A DNA stretch of 50,361 nt, filler included, from Jimgerdemannia flammicorona (Eukaryota): NCBI GenBank assembly GCA_003990765.1. It is 2 parts of 2 records of this genome, joined end to end, with 100 filler letters (N's around TTAATTAATTAA, not from the genome) between each part and the next. Parts side by side here need not be neighbours in the genome. Positions count along the whole stretch, not along the records: positions 1 to 25,135 come from RBNJ01000878.1; 1 more part is not named here. One strand, given 5' to 3'. The notes under the pieces are model-generated. The model searched no databases. It saw only the letters and a list, made by a program, of their open reading frames with translations, and was not told the DNA's origin. This document shows, in pieces, positions 11,001 to 23,640 of the stretch. Each line of letters opens with the position of its first letter. Position 1 is the first letter of the stretch. Made by a program: the position numbers and the translations under genes.

Positions 11001-14000
11001 CTACATAATCTTCATTATTTCCAAATAAGAAATATACCAAGAAAGAGCTTTTAAGTTAAGAAGATATCTATATCAAATGATCTTCCACTCTCCCCAAGAC
11101 TACTGCTATCAGTACTATGTATCTGTTAGATCAATAAGAAAGATAGAAACTCTAAAGATTAGAACTCCCAACTATAGTTATATAGTCAACTATCTTCCAA
11201 GAAGTTACCACTAAATTGCAAAGTTAATTTAGAGGATAAGGTCTCTTCATCTGAACAGAAGTATACCCTCTGTCCACTCTTTTCTTAGTCTATAATCAAG
11301 ATAGATACCGATTTCCAAAGTAGAAAGAAATCAACAATTAAGAATAATATTTTTGAGCAATAAGATATTACAACTATAGAAGACACCCAGACTGCCAAGA
11401 CTACAGACACTAGAAGATCTATCTCAGTCAGGATGTTGCAATTCATATATTGAAGAGAGGAGATAATAGAGGTCAGATCTGAAAAAGTCAAGCCCAGAAG
11501 CCAGAAAGAAGGATCCTTAAGATCTACAATTTGAGAGAAGATATCTTAGCTCTTATCAGACATACAACCTGCCAAGGATGGGTAGAAGATACCACCAGCT
11601 TTATAGAAGCCTTAGATCTAACAGAAAAAAGAAGAATTAGTTATCTCTGAGACCCCTCTACTAGAGCCAGATGATTGCACCTCAATCTCAGAGTCTAGAG
11701 ACTCTCTACTAGTAGAGCTTCAGCCCAAGGACAGCCCAAACTCAGTAAAGATATTGCCCAGTATGCCCTGCTATATCCTAAGACCAAACCCCCAACCAAA
11801 GCTCACCAAGAAGATATAGAGTATAATCTCTATAGTCTGGAGGATGAATCTATTAAGTCTGGAAGAACACTGATATTCAGAACCAGACTAGCCATACAGC
11901 CACTCTAAGAAACTTACATCTAACTGACCTCAAGGTCTGGACTTACCAGACAAGAAATAACTATAGAAGGAGGAACTATTGACCCAAGATATATAGGCAA
12001 AATCAACATAATCCTATACAATAGTAGTATAGAATGGTACTAAATTATGAGAGAATAAAAGATTATTCAAGCAGTCTTCATGAAAGTCAAGATTTCACAA
12101 TTACAAGAAGTCTCCAAACTGACTGAAGGAATAAGGCAAGCTAAAGGATTTGAAAGCTCAGATAAGAAAGAAGTATATCTCCTTTAGGTCAATTACTTCA
12201 AGAGGAATATGCTCTCTACCAATTAGTCAAACTATATAAGAATCTTATCCTGGAGCCTAGAGAGCAAACCACCTTCGAAATATTTGCACTATCTGACCCC
12301 AGAAACCTCTTCTTTTAACCCAATGAAGATATCCAAAATATAGATATTAAAGGATATATATTCTCTAATAAGATGAACCCAGTATACTCCTGAGCAACCA
12401 ACCAAAGTTGGAAAAATATCATTTTGTTAAAAGAAACCATCATAGGATATCTGGTACCTTTTCTCTACCAAACTTATAGAGAAGTTTATGAACTAAACTT
12501 ACTAGGAAATGACAAAAGATCTCAGAAGAAAAGAAAGACCCCTCTATAATTCAGAAGATAGTAAAGTCTTCTACTAATATTGGAGAAGAATTGGCACCCC
12601 AGTAATAATAATAACTAGTAGAACTCCTCAATAAGTATCAAGATATCTTCACTACTGATTATGGCAATCTGCCATACAACTCATCATATTACTATAGTAT
12701 AAATACAGGAAATATAATACTCATCTGGCAGAAATCCTATAGAATACCCCATTATCTAAAGATATTCAAAAAAGAGCATATTTAAGAACTCTTGGACAAT
12801 AGAGTCATCTGACCCTCTACTAGCCCTTGGGCCAGCCCTATACTTATTATACCAAAGAAAGAAAGATAGAGACTCTATATAGATTACAAGAAACTCAATT
12901 CAGTTACTGAAAGAGATATCTATTCTGTACCAGAATCAATGACTTCTTGGACCAGTTATAAGATGCCAGATACTTCAGTAGTATGGACCTTTTTGCAGAA
13001 TTTTACAAAATCTCCATAGATCTCAAGGATATTCAGAAAACAGTCTTTTTTGTTCTAAAAAAACTGTTTAAGTATCTCTGAATACTCTTTGGACTTTACA
13101 ATACACCTCTTACCTTTCAGAGAATGATAAATTCAGACTATACCCCTCTGATCCATCACTGTCTGATTGTATATATAGATGATTCAAATATCTATTCAGC
13201 AAATTTTGATGAATACCTGCACTACCTAGAAGAATTCTTCAAGCTCACCTGCAAGAACTACCTGAGACTCAATACCAAGAAATGCTATTTTGGAAAACAG
13301 AAACTTGAATTCCTTGGATTCATAGTTTCAAAAGAAGGAACTCATGCAGCTCCAAAGAAGACTGAGAAGATTAATAATTAGCCAGTACTCAAGACTCTGA
13401 AGAAAATACTATCATTTCTGATACTAGTGTCCTACTACAGAAGGTTTATCAAGAACTTTTCCCAAATCACTACCCCAATTTGAATCCTTCTCAAGAAAGA
13501 AGTACCTTACAAATGGATGGAATTATATACAAGAACTAGCCTTCAAGGAACTCAAGTACTGCATGACTACAGCACTAATCCTTATTTACCCCAATCTACA
13601 AAAGCCATTCATCTTATATATAGATACCTCTAAAGATAGTCTGAGAGCAGTTCTAGCCCAAGAAGAACCTGACCAACAGTACCATATAATAGCTTATATA
13701 AGTCAAGCTATCAATCAGCAGCAAACCAACTATGGTAACACCAAACTAGAATGTCTTATAGTCATATGGGTGATTGCTCTTTTCAAGCATTATCTCATCT
13801 GAAAAATATTCACTCTGATAACTGACTATATAGCCCTCAAATAGCTATTCAACTATAAGAAACCTACTAGAATCCTAGCCTACTGGATTCTTATCCTCTA
13901 GGATTACAAAATCACCATTATCCATAAAGCAGAGAAAGCTTACAACAATGTTAATATACTTTTCTACCAACCCCAATAAATCAGAAGAAGGATATACCAA

Positions 14001-15047
14001 GAAACTATTCCCTAAAGAAAACTTCTCAGACCATTAAGGAACAAGAATATCTCATCTGAAAAGAATATCAGAAAGCTCATCAAGGATAGGCAAATATAGA
14101 AAAAAAGTTAAAAACAATATATTAACATTGGCCCAATCTCAGAACACAAGTCCAGGATATACTTAAGAAATATAATATCTGCCAGAAGTATCAAGGAAGG
14201 AAGAATCACTAAGTATCACTAAAACCAATCATACCACTAGACAATATCTTTCAGAGATAAGAAGTAGATGTAATTAGACCCCTACCAGTTATGCCAAGAA
14301 GAAATAAATATATTCTTATATTTGTAGAACATCTGACCAAGTGGCCTAAGGTTTTTCCAATGAAAATTATAGTTGCCTTGACCATTGTAGGCCTTCTCTA
14401 TGAACTTATACTTAGATATAGATCTCTAGAAGAACTTATCTCTGATTGAGGCACAGAATTCATCAATAATATAATTACAAGTTATACCTAAATTTATAAG
14501 ATCTACCTCAAATAAATGATATCATACCACTCTTAGACCAATGGTATAATAGAAAAAATGAAACAGACCATTAAGAAAGAACTTACCCAAGTCAATTCTA
14601 CCAACTGGGATCTCTGCTTATCTGAGATCCTATGGGAAATTCAGAACATCCCTATTGCCTCCATCAAACAAAAGCACTTCAAAATAATATTTGCTAAGAA
14701 AACCAGAACTACTGACTATGAGAACTTCAGAGACCTCCTCAAGAAGGCAGAACAGTTATATAATTAAGCCTGAGTTCAGATTATCAAAGCTCAAGAAAGA
14801 CAAAAGAAGTACTATGACCAGAAGCAGAAGGATCAGAAGATTAAGATTGAAGATCAAGTACTAGTTTGGAGAAGTATGATTGAAATCAACTTTGCTACCA
14901 AACTGGAGCCCAAATGGGAGAGACCTTGTCTTATAAACAACATCAGAGAGATCAGCATCTATTTAAGAAGTATAGATAGATGAACTCTGAGGACACCAAT
15001 ATATATCAATTGCCTCAAGATATATATCATAAATCAAAGAATTAATA
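8051..15047 (+). pseudogene. gag-pol polyprotein of the Gypsy element (inactivated)
   Basis: The frame is traceable from ATG 8051. It is interrupted mostly by TAA/TAG/TGA codons explainable as CAA, CAG, CGA or TGG transitions, with few frameshifts. Confidence 0.9.
11756..12166 (+). pseudogene. dut: Trimeric dUTPase domain within pol, between protease and RT
   Basis: A single frame shows all five motifs in order: DIEYNLY (DAGYDLY), SRSGL, GGTIDPRYIGKI (GxIDxxYxGEI), KIIQ (RIAQ) and RQAKGFESSD (RGxxGFGSxG). Four in-frame TAA stops. Confidence 0.9.
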
Positions 15048-15543
15048 ACTGCCTCCAGACTCTTGTTCTCAGTTCTCTCTAAGCCCTATAGTTTCCCTAC
15101 TATAGTTCCAAGCATCCAATAGAATATATCTTCAAAGAATCCAGGTTTATCAAGAAAACCTCACTCTGACTAAGAGATTACTCCAGATCTACCAGCTACA
15201 GGCCTACTATATAATTAGAGAACAGTTGCAGAATCTTTCTTTTCCAGATCTGGCTGATGTCTGAAATACCACTGGTCTGAATAGAAGGAATATCACTATT
15301 GTAGAAAGACTATACCCAATCTATAAATGAAAACCTTCAGCTCTGATCTAGACCCAGTTGTCTCTGAATGATCTCTAAAGAATAACTCTATCTATCTATC
15401 TTAGTATCATCCACTAAGTTGAGACTCTATTCTCTAAGAAAGAAAAGAAGTCTCTAGAATAGAGTGACTATAGTATAGACAATGAAGATGATGGAATAGA
15501 TATAGATGCAAAAGCTGTTTATGCTTATTGAGATAATAACTGA
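15046..15543 (+). pseudogene. Probable third ORF between integrase and the 3' LTR
   Basis: Frame 15127-15543 reads YLQRIQVYQENLTLTKRLLQIYQLQAYYIIREQL...ERLYPIYK...DNEDDG without a frameshift. All internal stops can be reverted by a single C>T. The start is uncertain. Confidence 0.5.
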
Positions 15544-15582
15544 AAAATAGTCTGAGGCAGACCATTTTTCAGTAGAGGCTAA

Positions 15583-16793
15583 TGTGATAAGCAAATAGTA
15601 TAATATAGCCAGATGATATAAACTCCCAGTATAGTATAGTTACTTATATCTATCATACTTATAATTAGTCAGGATATCAAATTAGGGTTATTTATCTATA
15701 TTCTGAGGATACATCTATATTTAGTGGACACACTCATGTTCTATAGATATACTCATATCCTGTAGACATACTTATGTCCTACAGATACACTCATGTCCTG
15801 TAGATATATCCAAATATTACCAGAGATAATAAATCTATAATTATCCAGATAGCAATCAGATAGCAACCATAATATATAAAATACCCTAGAGATAGAGTAA
15901 ATAAACCTTAGTCTGAAATTTAAAGCAAAAGACAAGTCTGTCTACTACACTTTGAGAGGAACTCTACAGCTACTACTAGGAGATTGTGAGCTTACTTTTC
16001 ACTCTGATCCTTTCTGATATAAAGAATGAGTCCATTTTTAGTTTACTTACCAGATAAGTCTGAAGAAACTACTAAGTTCAAGAAAGAACTTTGCCACCAT
16101 TTGAGTAATCTGCTGCTTAAGAAATAAGCTACTATTTTTAAGAAGAACCTGTATTTCCAGAGAGCCTGCTATAAGGAACCTTACCACAAAGTCAGTCTTG
16201 ATATAACTTTGCTCAAGAAATCTGTCATTCTCAGAAGTCTGCCAATTCAAAAAGAATCTATATCATATGAGTTATCTGAATATCTGCTACCCAAGTTATT
16301 TATCCATTATTAATGAGTCTGATTCAGAAGAATCCACACTATCTACTATTCTTAGAAAGCTGTCAATTTAGAAAAATCTATACTCAAATTGAGTTATCTG
16401 CCAAATTGTCAGAATATCATATATAAGAAATCTGTTGTACTATACAAGAGATCATCATACAGAAATTGCATACTTTTGGAAATTGCCACTTAAGAAGAAA
16501 ACTGCTAAATTGTCAGACTGTCATATATAGGAGATCACTATACTACATAGAGATTATCATACTATATGTACCAATTATCTACTACATATCCAAATTGCTG
16601 CTATATCTAGAGAACTATCTCAATAAGAAAATCAACATACAAATTAACTGCAGATATCTAGCTTTGACTATTATATTACTAAATATTAAGAACATTTTGT
16701 TACTTTTTAACAAAATAACTGTGGGCTCAAGTCAAACTATATCAACTTTCAATCTTGTAATTTGTCTCCATTGAGCTAGATATGTATATTACA
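15583..16793 (+). repeat. 3' LTR
   Basis: TG...CA termini, preceded by a short degenerate purine tract (agtagagg) and followed by the TSD ATAC. Confidence 0.92.
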
Positions 16794-19150
16794 ATACTAT
16801 AACTTAAAAATTAAGCTCAGTTACTTGGTTAGCCAGTAGCTAACTATAGCTGATCATAGCTCTATCTAGTTATAGCTGATCAGAGTGATCTAGACATAGC
16901 TAGGATCTATTTATAATATATTAATTCTATCAGTACATAGTTTTATTATATTTATCAGACTTCAATTTGCTGATAATATAGTTATATATAAATATTAGTA
17001 AACAGTTTTTTTATTTTAAAATAATATAAAAAAAAAAGAGTATTTAAATATATATATATAATTATATAATAAAGAAAGTTAAAATAATAGTAAGAGATAA
17101 AAATGAACCAATGATTAATTAACTTTAAATTACAATAACTTTATAATTAATTATCTAAATATAAACAAAGTATATACTTTATAAAAACTATTAGAATTGA
17201 AATATAAATTTAATACTATTTATATTTAAATTAAAATCAATTTATAATATAACAATAATTTAGTATTGATCTATTTTTATCTCTTATTATATATTTAATA
17301 AATATTAATATATTGACAATAAAGCTCAAAAATATATATATTAACTCTAATAGCTATATAACTAATTTATATATACTTAGATTTATTTATAACAAACTTA
17401 AAAATCTACTTTATAGTATATTTAATAAAAAATTGATCTATACTTTATATATAATTTAAATGATAATTAAGATTGAGATACTGGTGCAGATAAGAGAGAA
17501 GAGTTGGAAGTAATATAAGAAGTCTGAAATTAATATTATTAATAATAATGATAGAATTGATTATTATTAATGCGCAGTCTCATGACCTTCATTTGTTTTA
17601 GTATTAACATCCATCCTGAATTCAGTAACAGGTAATCTCATGATCTTAACATGCAGCATCATTCAAGTTATCCTTGATATTGTTTTCCACCACAATTTTT
17701 TTTTTTGGTGAAAATAAATGTCTCATTTTTCTATTTTCCCGCAATTTGCGCAATTTGCCAGAGCCCATTTTTCCGTAACCCTACGATGACTGGTATATAC
17801 CCTCAAATCAACGTAGCAGATGCCTTAAAAGCAGTCATAATCTGGGAAGTTAACTCTATCTTTCAAGCGTCGTGTCACTAAACATCCAGAGCGTTTATCG
17901 AACATATGCCATTAAGTTTAGAAACGCAGTCCCAGCGCGTGCAACTGTCCAGGACCAACGATAATGTTGCATCGACCATATGGGTTCCTTATTAGCCACA
18001 ACATGGAGCACTGGCATTCTCGATATCGAGGCAAAGGCCATCCGACGAACCGAGAGATTTCCAAAATCGGGAAACTCCCGTCCACACGCAACCAAATGGG
18101 GTACATAAACAAGTTCAATGAACACTAACCCAAGGAGCAAAGTGGCGGACATTCGTGTGTTCGAAGCACTAGCGTTGAGTGGATCATTAATATGACCGCA
18201 AATAACAGAAGTGATGCAAAGCCAATGTGATGTAAACGCAACTTTAGACAGCTCTTTATGCACAAGGAGTGTCAGAGAGAAGCACTGGAGAAGAACAAAA
18301 ACCTCACCCCATACTGCGGCCAATGAACACTCCTAGTTCAAGCATATTCGTAGACTCTACTTCGGTTCCATTTATTCAAAGGGGATATTTGGGGGCAGCT
18401 GACAGCCGAATATAATCGACAGCCATGCGACCATGCGATTGCCAAACGCGACAAACTCTGTATATCTATTTCTTTTTTCCACGTGTTTAGTCTATTTATG
18501 AAATGATTACACAAGGAAATCGTGTGTCGACGCGCGGACAGCAATCATCAAAGAGTTTATACCTGGCGTCTTTCAGCAAACATAATCCCCCCTCAGCCTA
18601 TGACGCTCCCCCCCCGCTAAAGGGTGATCCGCGTGGATTTGTATATAGGCCCTAGACATGTATCCCAGTTATCCCGAATGTAAAGAAAGTAACAGTAACC
18701 AAAACGGTCCATTTCAGGTTTCAATGTTGGTGCTAACTCGTAACCACATCCAGTGACATAAGTGGACAATATTGTGGGTAAATTTTTTCGGTGTGCGATT
18801 TGACGAGAAGTGCTTGGATTTGTGTACACCAATACTTATTCTAACTCGATATGGTCATGATAAGTTTTGAGATTTTGGTCTAACTAATCATGTTCCGGAT
18901 ATATGTTCAAAATGGCTTTCGGATACCGACGTCACTTTTATTCTCTCGACCGATTTATCAATACATCTCATAGAAATCTGTTTATGTTCCCAGCGTGGTA
19001 CATTGCATAGCATTGCATTTTGGGGGAATGATTTTATCTACGTGTACTTTTTGGGTGGCAAAGCCTTTTCGCCAAATGTCATGATGAATACCAACACTCT
19101 GGATCAACCGGAGCGTGCGCCCACCGGAATTCCATATCAACCGATCTCCC

Positions 19151-20569
19151 CTACGTTCTCACTCTGTTCCTATCCCACAAGATGCCTAATCGGTTCTCGC
19201 CATCGTTCCTCTTCACGAATCCTGCTTCCGTCAGCATCCCTACATCCCCGTAATACAAATACGAGTAGCTAACGTGCAGTATCTCCAACTCTGGGCAGCT
19301 TTCCACCAACGCCCGCACGAACGCCGGCAATAGGTAACTCGCTGTCGACACGTTGATCCTCCGCAGCTCGGGCCATGGTAACCGCAAATTCACCGGCGTG
19401 CCTTCAGGCTCGCACACCCGCCGGCCGGTCACCGCCGGCGCCAGCAACGTTAAGTCGAGATCCTGTAGCTGCGGCAGCTCAAGCCCAACGAGGAAGGCGA
19501 GCAAGCTTTCCGGATCTTCGTGATCTGGGCCGGCGAGGTAAGACGGGACGGCGAGTGAGACTAAAGTAGATGCGCTGTGGAGGAGAAGCGAGCGGAGCGG
19601 AGGGTGAAGCGGACCCTGTGTCTCAAAGCTGTAGGCGTTGTGGAGTTCGAGTGTCTTGAGGTGCGGGGGCGGACGAAGGGAGAGTTGTGTGAGCATCGGA
19701 CCGAGGTTGACGAAGTGCTGTGGGTCTTGTGCGCGGACGGAGATGTGACGAAGGTCAGGCCAGGTGGCAATGGCGTTGGCGAGGTCATCCGCGGGGACGG
19801 TGAAGGCTATGTGGTGAAGACTTAGTGTGCGGATGTAGGGACAAGCGCGGAGGGTTTGGAGGAGGATCGGGGTGAGGGTTGAGGAGGTAAGGTGAATGTG
19901 GTTGAGTTGGAGGTGGAGACAGTCAATGAGGGTGAGGATGGGATGGTGTTGGGAGATTAATGCGGTACGAATGTTCAGGTTGCGAAAGAGACCCGTGCGC
20001 TCGGCGGTGGAAAATTTGCGAACGCTCAACGTGCGCAGTGTCGTGATGCCGTCGAGGTTCGGACGGAGGATGGAAACGAGCTTTCGCAGGTTACTCATCT
20101 CATTAACGCTGGATATACCTTTGAAGTTAAGCTCGAGTGTTTGCATATGAGGCTGTAGTGCCTGAATTAGCTTTCCAATTGTCTTCGCGCGACGACGATC
20201 GATCGCCACACCGCGGAACTTGGACACGGTGAGTTTACGAACGGTGATTTCGATCCATTCAAACAACTTTGCGTGGCCTAACCGGTATCGCTTTGACTCT
20301 GTCATGAGGTCTACCAGCTGTTCAAGGGCAGCGTCGGTGTACTTATTGATGTCGCGGTTGAGGTACGGATTGTTGGACTCAAGAAGAAGTGGGAACGCCC
20401 AGTCATACCACAGGCGGCACACAAGGCTACAAGAGACGAGGCCGAGGTGTGGGAAGGGGAGGGTGTCGGGGTCATCGCGTATTTCGGCGAAGATGGGCAG
20501 GAGGAGTTCGGCGGGGAGATGTGGCATGGCTTTGATGGACGTTTCAACCCGAGAAAAGGGAAGGGTCAT
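19151..20569 (-). CDS. F-box protein with RNI-like/LRR C-terminus, single exon
   Basis: 472-aa ORF. N-terminal LPAELLLPIF...LVSCSLVCRLW matches an F-box, followed by repeated LxxLxL units (LRTLSV, IRTLSL, LKTLEL, LQDLDL, CPELEIL). The start could be Met 14. Confidence 0.85.
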   Translation of the reverse strand: MTLPFSRVETSIKAMPHLPAELLLPIFAEIRDDPDTLPFPHLGLVSCSLVCRLWYDWAFPLLLESNNPYLNRDINKYTDAALEQLVDLMTESKRYRLGHAKLFEWIEITVRKLTVSKFRGVAIDRRRAKTIGKLIQALQPHMQTLELNFKGISSVNEMSNLRKLVSILRPNLDGITTLRTLSVRKFSTAERTGLFRNLNIRTALISQHHPILTLIDCLHLQLNHIHLTSSTLTPILLQTLRACPYIRTLSLHHIAFTVPADDLANAIATWPDLRHISVRAQDPQHFVNLGPMLTQLSLRPPPHLKTLELHNAYSFETQGPLHPPLRSLLLHSASTLVSLAVPSYLAGPDHEDPESLLAFLVGLELPQLQDLDLTLLAPAVTGRRVCEPEGTPVNLRLPWPELRRINVSTASYLLPAFVRALVESCPELEILHVSYSYLYYGDVGMLTEAGFVKRNDGENRLGILWDRNRVRT

Positions 20570-23500
20570 CGCCCAAACTGCTAGCTATAGGGCAAGCTCA
20601 CGTGATTGCGTGTGCGACTATAGCGATATTGGATGTCGCACACATTTAAAAACGGGTTGACCCTGTTGCCGATTGTCGCAGAGATAACACGAGGTCGTCA
20701 TAGTAATACGAGCCCATCATAGTTTTGATCAGGTGACAGTCACCATTTTCGGAAGTGCGCCCGCAATTCCACGAAACTCTATAGAAATATAGAAAAACTA
20801 GATTGTTTGGTATATAGATATGAATCAAAAAATCTTTGGAGTATTTGAAGGGTGGTCGCTCCACACCAGAGACGAGGCTCAAAGCACGGTGGCAGCGAGT
20901 GGCACATTGGTGAGATATGGGAAAGTAGCTACGGATTTCTGTATTTAGATGTGCTATATATAATTACATGTTCCAGGTATTCGTTGGTGCTCGCTGAGTT
21001 TGACGAAGCGTTACGCTAGTCGGCAGGCGCATCTCTTGTTGGTTTAAACAGGTTCCGTTCTATGCACTACGGATCGGCGATATCCTTTTTATGTGTAGTT
21101 GTTAGTGGTAATATAAGCCAAATTGGTCTGCTGAACAGTTGGAAATGTTGAGATTCTTGGTTGATCCTTTCATACACTGGCCCAAATTCAGATGAAATCA
21201 GGATATTTCTGCAGGCTTAATATTAGCGCAGTCCCTCAAATTAAATTACACACCTTCTGTAGCACTCTGTGAATATTTCGCAAAAGACACTACCATTTAG
21301 AATTCGATAATGTGCCGGAACGCCGCAACTATTCAGTCGTACATGCATGCGAAGATAATCCTCCACAATCGGTTAACGATAGGCCGTTGCCTGTGAGACG
21401 AATTAGTTCCAGACCGGACTCATGGTGATGTGTGTAAGAAAATCTTTTCTTGTCTTTTCATTGACAACTGATATACCACTCGCACCATATTGGTAAGGTT
21501 TGCCCATCTACAAGGGGGCACAACCGCACGAACAAGCATTCGTAGCAGAATAATTAAGGATATCGATGTTCTGGAATATGTCACAGAGGCGTTTTGGTGT
21601 ATACTAATAGCTAATTCGGGGTATGTGCAATGCTCCCAAATTGTTCCAGTATGGTGGCTCCATAATATAATGTATTTCTTTGAAGATGGAAATTCATTCC
21701 CAGAGCTGCTCCCATACTCGGCTACCCTTCCGAGCAATACATCACACAAGAAACGGCCCACGAAGGTTCTCCTACACTGCTCGTGAATCCTAAAGGGCGG
21801 ATCCCACAAAAATCGGACATTTACATGTGGTATATGAGCGTGACCACATAAATATGTTTTAAATCTGAGACTAGAGATGATTTTTATTTATTTCACCACC
21901 GCGCATCAATGTCTGCGCTCTCCGTCACGACAGTTGTTGCTAAAGTCCTTGACGAGATGGACCAGGCCCATCATATTAAATTATTTCCGAAATTATCCGA
22001 CCTTAAGACGGTATTCACCAACTCGCTTGTTTTCTTTCATGTAAGATATCATTACAGCTGTTGTTCCGGTACTTGCGCAATCTGGTCCACCTCGGTCTGA
22101 GCCGCTGTGCCACGCCTCCAAGAAACATTCTTTCTTACAGACTTGCCTTGCAAGGAGTTGAAAAAAGGAGAGTCGTTTGACGCACCTCGGGTTGTGGGCG
22201 ACATGTACGAATTGAGAGTTGCCGCAATTTTTTTTACACGACGATCCGGCATTGTACAAATTTTTGGGCAACTTTCCAACGATGCACACATCTGTGTAGA
22301 AAATCAAAATAATTAGATGTATTTTTTGGAGTGGACTGGCTTGCATTTACGGCATGCATGGTTGGTCAAAGGCTTAATTTACTAGTATATAATCAAAATA
22401 ATCATTGCCTATTCTTAACAATCTCCGGCCATCTCATAGAAACCTCGCACATCGAGAAAGGATGTCCTATGCCACGCGTCGTGAATGTTCCGACCCAAAC
22501 CACAAACGCACAAGAATAACCCTTGAAATCATCAAGGGGGTAAAGTTGATGGCTAGCACCGCGGGCTACATGTGCTGACTTTAAAAACATGCCTGTTGTC
22601 TGGGCATTCATATTTGTATTTATTCGTGCATATAACATGCCATTTTAACATCCGTGGCAAATTTCATAATTATAATTAGAAATTTTGACGAGCAATGGCG
22701 CCGCTGGTAATAAAAATATATGTGGACTTTGGACTTAGAGCACGATGAGCTGATGCTGGGAGTGGGCATGATCTGTACGGACAGGAAATCACTAAAAGTC
22801 CCATAATCTGGAACTATAACCCGTGATGAGGGATTCGAAACTGCCTAACTGGAAGAAAGCCATTAGTCGTGATTGCCATACCTCTTTTCTTCTTCGTAAA
22901 GTACGCCAATTAGTGTCTCCGATAATCTGTTACCCGAAGCGGTCGTTTTGAATACCTTTTCCGTCGAATATTTGGCCAATATGTGAGTGCTTTGGTAATA
23001 AAAAGCTCTCAAACTTTGGTATCCGACGCACTGTTGATAATGAATAAACACATCCTAAATGTATAATGGAAGGTGGTTGGGAGCATGTCACCATGGGATT
23101 GTAATCGCCTATTATTTTTACTCATTGAATATATACCTTTTTTTTTTAAAAAAAAAAAAACATCATCTACGTAAGCCTCCATACGATTCTACAAAGTATC
23201 CGCTTGCGCTGCACCTCCCATTGTTCTGGTGCGCTGTAATAGTTGCTGCGAACATAGTTCTAATAACTTCCATCTGTCTCTGCGTGCGGCGTGGAGCCGT
23301 AGACATTCTAGGATAACACGTCGGCAGATGGACATTGGGGAAGGTAGGGTACTTTGAGAATCAGGCGACCGGCGTGAGATTTTGGATCTCGGGGGACTTG
23401 ATTTCAGACGTGGTATTGCCATACCGTAGAGGTTGTAATGGCCGATTCATGAACGGGTGAAGTAAGATCAGTGAAAACGGGTTATGGATCAGTAGACATT

Positions 23501-23640
23501 GCCGTCAAGATTCGCCAGTTACGTTCGCTATGAAATGACATCTTTTACGAGGGTTACGGTCATGCAAACAAACCCCAAGTAATCAACTAACCCATCTCGA
23601 CGGCAGGATATGGCTACATGGCATGGCCTCGTCGGCGTCT

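Larger units (their letters stand above)
6807..16793 (+). mobile_element. Full-length Ty3/Gypsy LTR retrotransposon with dUTPase, heavily mutated
   Basis: Two ~1.21-kb LTRs and a 4-bp TSD ATAC (6803-6806, 16794-16797). Domain order is gag (LPIFTxYSEEDPREFL, CCHC relic ~9477-9518), PR (ILIDT ~10131-10146), dUTPase, RT (SPWASP, IDYKKLN, YIDD), RNase H (FILYIDTS), IN (EHLTKW, SD*GTEF, TNGIIE, KLEPKW). Confidence 0.96.

Noticed and set aside
17800..18900. Short minus-strand ORFs as a gene or transposase
   Set aside because: No recognisable motif or consistent frame. May be decayed coding DNA but I cannot support it.
21200..22900. Cys-containing short ORFs as a DNA-transposon remnant
   Set aside because: Fragments do not join into an identifiable domain; a homology search is needed.
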